Origin: Acanthaster planci
Taxonomy: Eukaryota
Length of the DNA stretch: 64,000 nt
Assembly (NCBI RefSeq): GCF_001949145.1
Contig: NW_019091355.1
Coordinates: forward strand, 3,454,646 to 3,518,645
Direction: 5' to 3'
Made by a program: the position numbers and the translations under genes. The notes below the pieces were generated by a model. It made no database searches. It saw only the letters and a list, made by a program, of their open reading frames with translations, and was not told the origin of the DNA. This document shows, in pieces, positions 34,901-47,100 of this stretch. Every line of letters begins with the position of its first letter. The first letter of the stretch is position 1.

Positions 34901-37900
34901 TGCATTAGGGTGTTACTGATACACAACAATAACCTTAACAGGGAGATGTCACCTTTCTTATTAATATACTAATTAATATTTCTTTTATTAGTATTATTAT
35001 TATTTTTTATCAGCTAGAGTGTGGGGTGGGTTGACACCCCCTTCCATCTGGACCTGAGCCTGTGCAAGGTACATGTATCACTCCCCATTTTTCACCATGC
35101 AAACTTCATATCTAGAATCCGAGCTCATTCAGTTGACGGAATTCACATGTGTGACTGTCTGTTAACTCTTCCACAATTAAGCACCCATTGAGACCCACCA
35201 AGGGCTCTGGTGGGCTTAAAGTCCTTATCTTCCTCTCTCATGCTTGGGTATACATGCTCCACACACACAAGCAACCAAGGGTCATCCTGTGTGCCGCCAA
35301 GGAGGTAGCCACTAAGCCTCACCTGTTGTCCCTGACCACAGCATTGACTCAGCCCAGCAAATGTACTCCTGGAGTCTCTTTGTAGCAATTCATGCGGTTT
35401 TTGCATTTGACTCACTCGTTACCAGCATCGCCCTGCGAGGGTTGGTCTCACCCCAAGTCCCATGTGGTAGGCATTTGCTGGTCCAGCCTGACATTTGTCA
35501 GATGCCCCACAGTGCAAAATACAAGTGACTTGAAATGGCCATGCGTATTACTCAGGCCACGCATCACGTGTATTGATGGCATTGTTTGTAATTAGCCTCC
35601 ACAGAATCAGAAATGGATTCCTAGAAGTAATTAAGGGTGCACAACCAATGCCTGCTATCTTTACTTTTGGAGATCCAGATGTTAAATTTGTATACATTAC
35701 TAGGGAGAACAGTTTCATTTCTACAGTATTTAGCCAAAATTGAAGTTGGACGCATCTTGGCCGTGGTATCAATGTTTATCTTGATGTACATCCCAGCGTA
35801 CACTGCAGATATTCCCCATCAGTATGAAGCATCGCTGTTAAGGTCTTGACCACATGTAGCTGGGAGTAAAACACAGAGTCTGTCAGAACACGGGGCTTCA
35901 TGTATAAAATTCAGATTAAGTGGCTACAGCCACTGACCCGTGGCTCTTGTAGGTGAACATGCCATTGCTAGCTGCCCAGATAATACATGTATGTTCTGTT
36001 GGCCCTAGGTACCAGCGTTCTGTGAGCATCAACCCTACTTACTTGTGCTGGTTAGCGACTAAGCCTCACATTTCATGTTTGTGCTAATTTGTACTAAACT
36101 GTTTACTAGCTACATGTACATGTAGTCTGAAGCTCTTTCAAAATCAAATTTCAAAGAGATAAGCAGAGTTTTGTTTCTTCATATGCCCTGAAATTCATAG
36201 CCCCTCATTTTTGTCATTCTTGTCTGACTATACAACACCCTCATCGGTTTGCACGAAGACCCCATATTGGCTCAAGTGCATTTGCACAGAGCTTTAACAT
36301 TCTATCTTTTAAAACCAATATTTTGCAGACTTTTCTCCGCTTGTTAAACCTGTTTCTGCTATTAACACACAAAGCAGGTCTTCTCACTGGCAAGAAATGA
36401 AAACAAGGTGATGAGTTGATAATTGCTTCAATTTAGAAAGGTCAGCTGAAAGTGATAAAGGTTTTTGACAGGCAGAATTGAATTCAAGGATGATAAATAT
36501 CATTTATCTGAGCGTCATAGTCACACTCCTGGGTGATGATAGATGGAACGCAGTTGCTGATGACTGCATAGGCAGTAAATCACTGTGCAGACACCTTCAA
36601 CCTGTTCATTTCTAACTGCAGGTAGCAGGACAGTGCACCGCACTCAAGGACCTTCTGCATCTTTCTTTAAACACAATGCAAGCCACAAGTTTGACTCAGC
36701 CTTTTTTTTTGAGACAGCAGACACGTGGAGTCTTGTGACACTTTCCGTCCGATTTCTTGAGAATGCCGTCACTTTGCAGATGTTAGAGTGTATAAATGAA
36801 ATTGCTCCTGGATTTTGTCAGTGCGTCTGAAATGCCTGGGGCCATTTGCAGTTGTTGTGGGCACCGCCCAGATGGCCCCACCCAGTTTTTGGGTCAAGGT
36901 GCGCGCGCATGTCAGTGTTTTTGTAAGTTTTGTCTCTTGTGGCTTATGAGTGCAGTGCCTTCCGATATATAGGCGTAAAGGCCTGGGTTCAATTCACAGC
37001 TGATGCAGGCCTTATGTGAGTAGAGCTGTTGATCCTCTCTGGTGCCACAAGGATTTTGCTCCAGCTCCTCTGGTTCCCCTCCCCTCGCAAAACTCAATAT
37101 TTTCAATCTCTAACTTTGCTCCACAGTCAGTACTTTTTAAGGGTTTTTTTGGTGGTTGCCTGAAGCACCTCTGTACGTGCATGTTTTTGGCGCAAGCTAC
37201 GTCCTTTGTAATTCAGCCTTGCGGACACAACTTACATGTAGGAATGTGAAATTGAATGTTTAAACATGTTAAATGTTGAAATTCTTGTCCTGCTAATGAC
37301 AAGTTCATTCTGAATATGCAAGATCATGTTTTTCTTGTTCCCACAAAAGTAATTTGCAGCAAAGTTTTTTCCTCTTTTTTTTTAAAGCTAATTCTGTAAG
37401 CACTGTAGCGGGGGGGAGACATATGTGATGCAGGCTTCCTTCAAATATAGTCATGCCCCCATCACCTCTCCCCATTGGAATAAAGAAAGTTACAGAATTA
37501 TTAAGAAAAATGGAATTTTTGTGGTCCCCGCTGTGACATCTAAGCCCCAACCCCCACTTTATCCCTGTGACAAGAATCCCTGCCGCACCAGTATCTTCAA
37601 CACTTCCTGTCTGTATGTTTTGGTTCAGTCTTTTAATTCTCCGATCTCTGATCTCTTTCTTCTCATTCTTTGGTGAACAGAAACCAGAACTTCGTCAAAG
37701 AGAGGATCACCTCACGATCGACAGAATCCAGAATGTAAGTGTATGTGTAGAAACAAATTAAGAACAGGAATGGTCATGCTGCAACAACACTGAAGTCTGG
37801 GCCCTCAATGCTGGAAAAGACAGCTCTTTCGAGTCAATGCACTGTCTGTCGCCAGTGCTATACTATCATCAAGAGGCGGATCCGGCCAAACGGTGCCAAC

Positions 37901-40900
37901 AACGCTGTGCTCCTGTAATATAAGCCTGGATTTGCTCTTGAACATAGTGCTGGGCCAAAATATTGCGGCTTCTTTTTCCTGTATGTGTTATTAGGGACAT
38001 CCTCCTTAGTTTTGTAAACAAGCCAGGAGGGAAGGGGGTCGTGGGCAGTGAATGGGGCCACGTCTGTCAAACTGACGCAGATGACAGCTGACCACAGCTT
38101 CCAGTAATTTCACTACACTTCACATAACCTTGTACCTTGCACGAGTCTTATGCTACAAATTTGTTGCACATCTGGGCAATGTACATATGATCAATTCCAC
38201 AAAATGGTCACGGACATGCCATTTAGGATGAAGACGATCTTAACTTTTATCAAGACTGTTTGTCTACAGTTTAACAAAAGTTGTTACAATTCAACAATTA
38301 GCTCTGGCTGTCCTTGAGGACAAATTTGCATTTCTTTTTTGTCGGAACTATTTGTGGAAATCTAAACTTCATTTTAAAAACCCTGAACATTTCTTGTGTG
38401 AATGTTGATAAGTTGAGCAGTGATGAGCTCTTTGGTAAATGTGATTCATCAGTGAATTTTGCAACCTGACTTTTACAACTTACGCAGCACTAAAACAATG
38501 TAATTATGCAATTTATACCATCATTTGTTGGGTAACCCAAACTGAGCAGGTGCACAACACCTAACCTTTGGGACATAATTTGCTGAAGTTTTGGGCAGTT
38601 GGCTACTGGACTTGTTATCTGCCGTATGCAGAAGCACCCCTTCATCGGTTGAAAAGAGCTGTGTTTGTGGGGTGTGTTCATTTTGCTGGTAGCAACACAA
38701 CCATAACACATACATGTCATTTTCACACATCATCGTTTGTGAACCAACAAAGTGCCGTTCCCATCAAAGGAACCCCCGTTCCTAGGGAAATTACACCCTC
38801 TCTTGGTCCAGCTTGGGGCTCATAGGTCTCACAATAGACATGGCATGGCATACTCACACCGATGTCAGGCCCTACCCGTCTTTCCTCCATGTTTGTGAGG
38901 ACCCATGCCAAGCCAGTCACCTTTACGTTCATCAGAGGGAGTGAAGTTCCAGACAGGATGTTAGTTGGATCTCCCCAAACTCTGATAACCACCCCAGATT
39001 TCTTGGGGCCAGCCATAATCCCTCAGAATGATTCCAGTTCATGCACGATATAGCTTTTCCAAGAACCGCATCAGGTTTGGAACTGTTTGGAATGCATGTC
39101 CTTAACTTGATATGCATTGATCCATTGATCCAGTGCGTCGTGCACTCTTCACGCCAATGTCGGACACTGAACATAGTCCCCCATTTTGTGAGTCATAAAA
39201 TAAGACTGTGTTAATTTGCTTGAACTAATAGGCAATTGACACACAGCACTTTAATTTAAACCCGAGTTCAATGGTGTTATCCTGAGGAAGTAACTTTGAA
39301 GTTTGGAAGTTCAGTTAGCGGATGGCAAACAAAACTTTACTACCATTTTTGCACTGTTAAATTTACCAAAAGTCACAATGTTGAACATTGTGTGATTTTC
39401 AGAAAGAAACTATGGAATGATGCTAAAATAAGAAAAAAATAAAAGTAATTTTGAAACAAATGCAAGTTAAAGTTGGTGTTAGAAATAGTGCTTTGATGGT
39501 CCTTTTTTCCTATTTTACCAGTAAAAGTGTGTCAAATGTCAAATTCTGTTTCTTTGGAATTATCCCACTCTAACTTTTCATCCCTTGCCAACCATTTAGT
39601 TACCAGTGTATGGCGTGTGTTCTGGGGGATTTCCCCAAAAGATTCAGAGCCCGGGCCTTCACCACATTGATGAGGGGACAACTTCTTTCGTTCAATAGAA
39701 AAGTCGACACTGAATTGTTGGGGCAAAATTTGCCTCCACAACATATTTGGAACCCATAATGTCTATAGTCCCAGTAACCCAGTAGATAACAAGCAGTCAC
39801 TGTGGTGGGTAGGCCCTCACCACATTGTGGGGAAGTTTTCTATTGTTAGGCAAATGAGGAATGAGTCCTTGGGACCTTCTGTTGTCCCGACAATATTTTT
39901 GGTCCCCACAAAGTTGCTGTAATGATGTGTGTACATCCTCACAACTACGGAACAAGTATGTACCCACACGTGTGACTAATCTCTCTCAGGATGTCGCATG
40001 GAACTTAAAAGTGGGATTCTCTGTCGGTACCAGCCTGCCAGTCCTTGGTGACCTCCCAAACCAATTGTCCCCTTCCTGGTGAACTTGGCAAGGATTTGGG
40101 TGGTTTTCCCTTGAGCTGCAAATCCCGTTCCACATTTCTTGTGCATTATCTTGTTCTTTCTGGCTCACTCGCAAACTTTGGATCTTGGAAATTCTTTGTG
40201 CCAACTCTTTGAAATGAAATCCAACATGTAACTTCCTGTCATGATTTTTCAAAGGACATTGAGACTCCATCTAAAGCAGTAGAAGCTTCGTTGTTGTCGA
40301 GACCATCACAAGAGCAGGCATGAGACCGGTCACAAGACCAGTCACATGACTGGTCACAAGACCAGTCACAAGACTAGTCACAAGGAACAGGGTGAACAAT
40401 GGCAAAGGAATGCATTGGTTGCAGTTCATTTGAATAGCTTGTGACTTGAATTATTATGGCTGGAGGTCTTGTGCTGGGCTTTTGTTAGGCCTTAAGAGGT
40501 CTCGACTACGACCATGGATATGTTGCTTTAACAATGGTTGCAAGAACAATATCAGTGGGATGCTACGGGTTAAGGGATACAGTATACAGAATAAATTCAA
40601 TGAAGAAATAGAGCCAACCCCATGTGCATGTTCAATTAGCTATCTAACACCCAATCTACAGTTTAATATGAGACTGGTCGAACTAAAAAATGGAGCCCAG
40701 CCTGCGGTGTTGTATTCGAGTCCATCACAAGTCCTTTCACAAGTCCCTTCACAAGGCCAGTCACAAGTCCCTTCACAAGGCCAGTCACAAGTCCCTTCAC
40801 AAGGCCAGTCACAAGTCCCTTCACAATGCCAGTCACAAGTCCCTTCACAAGGCCAGTCATAAGTAACAGGGTGAACAATGACAAAGGATTGCTTTTGTCA

Positions 40901-43900
40901 CAGCTCATTTGAATAGCTTGTGAATTGGCTGAAGACTGAATGACTTGTGATGAACTTGTGGTGGACATACAGGGACTTGTGAGGAACTCGAATACAACAC
41001 TGCCAGCCTGCCAAGGGTGGTTTCTTTGTCGGCTTTTCAATACATGTAGCTGCATGTGTCTAAATATTTAAGAATTCAGGACTATGGGCTTAAGGATGAA
41101 ACTCACCATCATGGTTTGAATAGTGGATATGAAGTGCACCATGAACCAACCACTAGTTGACCAGTGGTTGCATGATGAAATTTATTTGCTCAAGTTCTAT
41201 TATCATGTATTTGGTTAAAGATGTTTGCATCAATCATATTGATGAAGTACCCTTTGTGTGGTTCCTGACCTCATACAGCCAAGAAGCACAGTCATCACAG
41301 TTCAAGCTCCAAGCCATTCCTAATCTGCACCTCCACATTACTAGAGCTAGAACACTGGGAGAGAGAAATACGCCGTGTCAGGGGAGGTAATGACTATTCA
41401 TCATAGTTATTTATGCAGATGTCAAGAGAGGTTATGAATATTCATTGTGTTTGTTAAATCTCCTTCTTCCTTTCCCCTCTCCCAAGCTTTGCATTTATTC
41501 CATTTTGTGCATTGAAATTTCCATCTTTCACAGGTTAATGTGCTACTTTAAAGTGTTAAATTTACACCAACGTTTACAAGTGGAAAGCATGGTAGCATCA
41601 TAAAATGCAATTTATTGGAGTTTGAAATTTGCAAGTCATTTGGTTGTCGATTTGGCTAATATGGAAGTATCTGATCCCCACCTTTGCGTCATATTTTTCA
41701 GACTACAGTCATATGCAAACGTTTAGGACCACTTATACAAAATACATTAACCTGAAGAAAAACCAAACTTAAACCAATTAATCATGGCAAATTGATTGTT
41801 TATTTTCAATGTGTGACCTTAGTATCCTGGTTAAACGGCCACGAGTATTTGACTGCATTTTCCATGATTTGTAATGTTAACAGTCTAATATGTAGTTTGC
41901 CTGCCCTTATTTCTGATCACTTAGACTGGCTTTTTTTACCCAAGCTGCCTTACAGACAAAATGCCATATAAGACCTGCCTTTACAAACGATTTTATTCAA
42001 ATGGGTGTATAGCACTACACTGATGTTATGTACCACTGTAAAATCATGTTAATTAATCATTCATTCAGACAGTGTAATGCAGACCCAGTGACAGAAATTG
42101 ACTCTAAAAGTCCAGGTGGCCTTAAACTTTTGCAAATGACTGTATGGTGCTCAGACTTGAAAACATTTACGTGTAACTATTACTTTATGAGCGTATATAC
42201 GGAGCATGAACTTAAATGTACTAGGGAACTTTACACAAGAAGATTCCAAAAGTCAGCACATGTTGAGCTGAGCTTTCACAAAACCTGTCTTCATTGTCAA
42301 AAGTAAGGGACAGCGAACCCCTTTTGTGCACTTAAGAAATTGCAAGTGGTTGTCCCCTGTTCCCCCCTCCCCCCGCCCCCGTTTTTGAGTGAGCAGTATA
42401 TGCTGACCTATAGGCTGCCCTTGATCCGTGGAAGCAGAATGCCCACCCCTGGATCTGCTGATAAAGAAGTGCGTCTACCATAGCAGTCCCATTTACCGGC
42501 AGAGGTGGAGAAAAGAAATGACGTCATGAACTCATTTGAAAGAAGTCTGTAAAGAGGAAGAAAAAAGAATAGAGATCTGAGTCTGCAGGGTGGAAAGGGG
42601 GCTGGCAGAGAGTGCACCGTATTTTTGTGAACCATAAGGAAATTGGCCCTGAGTCCCTGAGTGCCACCGTCCCACTTCATACGCTGATTCATGGTATGCC
42701 CTGAACACGTCTTCCCCTCCTGGGGAGAGAAAGCATAAAGGAAAAACAAAAAAATGACATGTTGATCCAGGTCAGGGCAACTCCATAGGGAGAACCGTGG
42801 AAGTATGTTCAGACTATTGACCTAATTGATAAATCAAAAGAAAGACCCAAATTCTAAAGGAAATGTCAAACATTGTCTTGAGGAGTAATGTGATGGTAAG
42901 CTGGTGACTTAGGTTTTTTTTTTTGGGGGGGGGAAGATGGACGGAGAGAGGGAGGGAATAGTGTTCAAGATTGCAGGGATCTTTGAAAAATAGCGCTTGT
43001 TCAGCTTGGCCTTGAAAAGAGTCACTCCGAAGGTCTTTTTTTTTAAGTAGCTTTGGAGCCTACGATAACACGATTGATTTTGCTTGGTAGCCCATCAGTC
43101 ACTGAAGCAGGACATCTTCTCTGACAATGATGGAGTTGTCAGAGTGAGATCGTTTAAAGCAACTTTAAACATTGGGCACAAATGGTGTGCAGTTCGCTCG
43201 ACCAAAGTCTCGGCTTATGCGCAGAGAGAGCTTACCTCGAACTCTTTCATTTGTACAACTGAGATTCTCAGAATTGCCACAAGGGAAAACTCGGTGCCCG
43301 GAAATCACCCTCCTAATACTCAACAGCAGAAGTCATTGACCCAACTTGGACCACAAAAGCACCATGTTGGCCCAGTATCCGCTGCAGGGGTGATATGTGT
43401 AGATGATTGATGTCCATTTCCCCATTCCCTTCCACCATTCCTACCTTCTGCCTCTCCCCGTCCCTAACACCTTCCCTCACCACATCCGCATAAGCCCCTG
43501 GAAGCTCTCACCAGTTACCCGAGTTAAAAGGGAAAGGCAGCTCTAAAGCAAGTGATTTTTGTTTTCCTTTACATTTTTTTCTCTTTCTTTAGTAGTCTCT
43601 TCTTCATTTAACTGGTTCTTTTTCAAAATCATTTTTCAGAAATTCGTGAACAATCTTTCCTTCCATATTCCACCTATGGAACAAAGCCAAATGTTCATTT
43701 CTTTCAGAATCTGCCCTTTCTTTATAGAAAAAAAATTCCTTGAATTGTTTTTCGTTGTGTAGGAGTCTTTGGCCAAAGTTTGGAGGACACCATCATCAAC
43801 GAGAGCGACACCTGCACCAAAGTCATCCCATCGGTGGTCGAGATGTGTGTCACTTACATCAGAAATAATGGCATCAGGGAGGAAGGCATCTTCAGGTGGG

Positions 43901-46900
43901 AGAGCCTGTCAGTTTGTCACTGTGCTTGTCTCTTAAAAAAAAAAGCCTACCTTTCATAGACAATATTGGTGCTATGATGCACAGCATTACATCAACTATT
44001 TGACCATTTGACATCAAGGGCAGTTTCAGCACAAACTATGGTTTGACCACTGGTCAATCTTTTATTCTGATACACACAGCAGTACAAGTCCACTCAAGTG
44101 ACCCTAGTCAAACTGCTTTCGTTAGATTCCGTTGTCACTTCGTATTTTGCCGCTGGTTGCATTTCTCACTACATTCAAGGTCTGTGTCATTTTGCACAAT
44201 TACATGTATTTTCTTGTCAACAGTTCTGTGAATACTTAATTACAACAAGATTATTGATGACCAGCAGCGCGACCATGCACTGGGGTCGGATTCCATCTCA
44301 ACCACATGTAGACTAGCCAACCATTCACCATTCAAGTGGCAGTGGTCAAACTATCGTCAACTAGAGTTGTCGTTCGAAGTTACCCTAGATGAATCATGGC
44401 ACGTGGCATTAATCCCTGTTGTCCAAGTCTTGTATGTATCTGGACTCAGATGCGTGATATTAATACGAGCACATTTGTTGGTTCCCACAATAACTATCAT
44501 ATCTTTCCCCAAAACTACAGAACAAGAATGTGTGCTAATCTTTGTGCTCGTGGGTATTCAAATCAGTTGACCTGGTTTCAGATTCAGCATCCGTGTTCAG
44601 TTACTCACTGCACCGCGACGCGCATCAACGCTTTTGCGGCAGTTTATTCATTCAAGTCAACTATCAATCTTAGCATGCCAGTTCCCATTAATGGTTGTAG
44701 CAAATTTCCCTATGTATGTTGATACTGATGTCCTTGGGATTTCGTCACCAACATGAAATAAACAGTACTATATACACGTACATGCTTGCAGTCACCGATT
44801 CTGCATTGAGTGTCAGACTGATATTCAGGCAGTGTCCAGATTATAGACAGTTTCCTTTAGTCAATCTCTCCCTGTTTCTTCATCCAGATTAAATGGGCGC
44901 AGCAGCATGGTACAGGAGCTGCAGGATGCCTTCGACAAAGGCGAAAGGCCCTGCTTCGAGGACCTCAGCCCCGGGGTGCACACCATCGCCTCGCTGCTCA
45001 AGCGCTACTTCCAGCTGCTGCCGGAGCCCATCATCCCCTGGCGCCACTGCAAGTACTTCATCCCCGTCATGCAGCAGCTGCAGGAGAATGAGGATGAGGG
45101 CCGCTTCAAGCTGATCATCCAGCTGGCGCTCCTGCCCCGCATCAACTACAACCTCCTCAAGTACCTGTGCCAGTTCCTGCACGATGTCCACCGCCAGGAG
45201 CTCTACAACAAGATGGGGCTGGGCAACCTGGCCAACATCTTCGCCCCGCACATCCTGCGGCCCAAGCATGCCCAGGGTGCGTTCCTCCTGGGCAGCACGG
45301 CGCTCAGCTTGCGGCTGGTGCACTACCTGATCCAGCACCAGGACAAGCTCTTCCCGCCCACCAGCGACATCCAGATGGACTATGAGGTCGTGGAGGCACC
45401 CTCGCCCGTCTCCAGTTGCGACTCCTCGGGGAGCCTTTACGAGAGGACCAGCTCATGTGAATATGAGGTGGAAATGATCCCTCCATTCCCAGAGCACAAA
45501 GATAGTTTTGGAGAAAGCCTGGACAAGAAGGTGACAAGGGTCCAGAAGTCCGAAAGTTGCAATTATGAGCTGGAATATTTGGGAGAGGAGTACCGTACAC
45601 CAGCGGATGTGAATAGTATCTATGAAAATTTGGACCTGTCCAATGGACCATCATTGATTGAATCGTTGAAAAACCGCATCTCAGAGATGCCCAGTAAGCC
45701 ACTCACCCAGAGCGAACAGAAGGCTAAGCGGTACGGTGTGTCATACCGCGACCCAGCGTCTATAGCCACCGTGATGAATGGACATCGGCGCCACTCCAGC
45801 GGCAGCCCCAGCAGCAAAACAAGCAGTGTCTCCGGTGAGAACACAGTCCCCATCATGCGTGGCAAGAAGCATAAAGTCCAGAATGGGGATGTGCACAGCC
45901 AGATCCAGTCCACCTACCAGAATGTCAAGACCCTGGCCATCTCCTTCAAGGAACAACAGGCTGAGGCCAACAACGGCTCCGTGGGCGTCTACCAGAACCC
46001 TAACCCTCTCCACCATGCCTTGATCCGCGACCTGAAAGCGGCCACCTCCAATGAAGACGACTACTTGCAGCCCACCTTTCACAAGCAGCCCGTCACCCGC
46101 ACCAACGCCGAGGCCCTGAAACCACCCAAGCCAGCCCTAAGGACTGTCCAAAACGGGGACGTCCAGAAATTGCCTCGTCAGACGAAGGAGGAAAAAGAAT
46201 CTTTGCTTTCGGCAGACAGTAACGGGCCAAATGGAAGCTTACCCAGCACTAGCCATGCCAATGGACAGAAAGCCATACCGAGCGGAGACACAGTGGCACC
46301 CTCACAGGGACTGAGAGTGCGACTAAGACAGAAAGAAGAGGAGATTGCAAGGCAGCAGAAATCTTTGGAGAAGATCAGGAAAGAGCGTGAATCACTCAGA
46401 GTCAAATTGGTTGCTGAGGTCAGTCGCTATTTATTTATTTACAACTGGACTCACACCTACATGCAGAAAAACAGAAAGGTCAATGCCAAATTCTCTGTGG
46501 GAATCCCACTGTGGACCCAACAAATTTAACGACACATTTCAAGAGCTGCTCTCTACTTTAATGAGCAAACCTTGTACAGTGGAAGTCAGTAGGCTTTGTC
46601 AGTGTTTTCCATTCAAATGAAGTCCACCTTTCGCAGGAAGTTAAACCATTTGATATGCTGCACATTTATCACAACAGAGCAATTATGTGTTCTTACTAAG
46701 TCAAACAAGTCAGAGGAAATTGTCCTGAAGAGGACATGTGATACATGGACATTATCTCTACAGTATAACCTCCACTAATGGCATACTTAATCCAGTGTCC
46801 AGTTCATACTAAACACCCTTTGGCTGTTTCTGTGACCCATCATACCCTCAGTAAGAGCTCCATCAGACTCCTTCCCCGTCAATGGAAAGAAACAGAACAT

Positions 46901-47100
46901 AAATTTCACCTTTGCAGCAATAGTACTACCATGCAACTCAAATGGTATTTGGCCCTAACTTCATTGTAATGGGTTCTTTTCGTTTTTCTTCATTCTTCAC
47001 TGGGATGCAGGAGGCAGCCCGAATCACTGCCGAGGAGCGCAATCGCAAACTACAATTGGAAGTAGACACGCTGAAGCGACGTCTTGGCCTCATCCGATGA
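28927..47100 (+). CDS. ARHGAP24: PH-RhoGAP-coiled-coil protein, ARHGAP22/24/25 (FilGAP) family, 6 coding exons, 722 aa
   Basis: Exons 28927-29179, 37681-37734, 41279-41386, 43763-43895, 44888-46418, 47011-47100. Introns are GT-AG with consistent phases; total 2169 nt. PH: FNGWLL...HWQRNWCILANGQLHYFK...LELEHWEREIRRV. GAP: GVFGQSLED...VEMCVTYIRNNGIREEGIFR|LNG (Arg finger), VQELQDAFDKGERP, VHTIASLLKRYFQLLPEPIIP, NKMGLGNLANIFAPHIL. C-terminal coil AEERNRKLQLEV. In-frame TGA at 28840 places the start at the ATG-ATG pair beginning 28927. The symbol is family-level (co-ortholog of 22/24/25). Confidence 0.9.
31740..32002. mobile_element. Foldback MITE with nested palindromes
   Basis: ~46-bp TIR TGGAAATAAAGGTAGCACTTTAAAGACTAACTAAAACAACAACTGC versus GCAGTTGTTGTTTTAGTTAGTATTTAAAGTGGTACCTTTATTTCCA. 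An extra inverted copy at 31799-31816 and an inner AGCTAGGTCTA / TAGACCTAGCT pair. Confidence 0.75.
32700..32895 (+). repeat. Dispersed repeat family A, copy 2 of 3
   Basis: Aligns with 7626-7825 and 38617-38823. Confidence 0.75.
34149..34405. mobile_element. MITE family B, copy 2 (inverted relative to copy 1)
   Basis: Interior AATTAATGCAAATTACCTGCCAAACAAATA...TCAATTCCGGTGATATTTCCAT is the reverse complement of ~9268-9333. Termini are GGGT...ACCC. Confidence 0.8.
36945..37110 (+). mobile_element. V-SINE-like tRNA-derived element
   Basis: B-box-like GGCCTGGGTTCAATTC, then ATGTGAGTAGAG...GGATTTTGCTCCAGCTCCTCTGGTTCCCCTCCCCTCGCAAAACTCAA, resembling the V-domain GGTTTTCTCCGGGTACTCCGGTTTCCTCCC. 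Confidence 0.5.
38617..38823 (+). repeat. Dispersed repeat family A, copy 3 of 3
   Basis: Aligns with 7626-7825 and 32700-32895. Confidence 0.7.
40288..40516. mobile_element. hAT-like MITE family C, older copy with 12-bp internal repeats
   Basis: Shares core AACAGGGTGAACAATG.CAAAGGA...TCATTTGAATAGCTTGTGA with 40705-41002. It has CACAAGACCAGT-type 12-mers and a degenerate TIR GTCGAGACC / GGTCTCGAC. Confidence 0.6.
40705..41002. mobile_element. hAT-superfamily MITE family C with 8-bp TSD and internal 24-bp tandem array
   Basis: TIR C(G/A)GTGTTGTATTCGAGT..TCACAAGTCC (~30 bp). Perfect TSD CCAGCCTG at 40697-40704 and 41003-41010. About 5 copies of CACAAGTCCCTTCACAAGGCCAGT at 40726-40860. Confidence 0.9.

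Noticed and set aside
40446..41055. 138-aa and 130-aa ORFs with repeated peptides
   Set aside because: They are produced by the 24-bp array inside the hAT MITE.
46419..46529. C-terminus of the 540-aa ORF 44907-46529 as a stand-alone gene
   Set aside because: It is one internal exon (44888-46418). The tail is intron read-through, and the conserved coil continues in exon 47011-47100.
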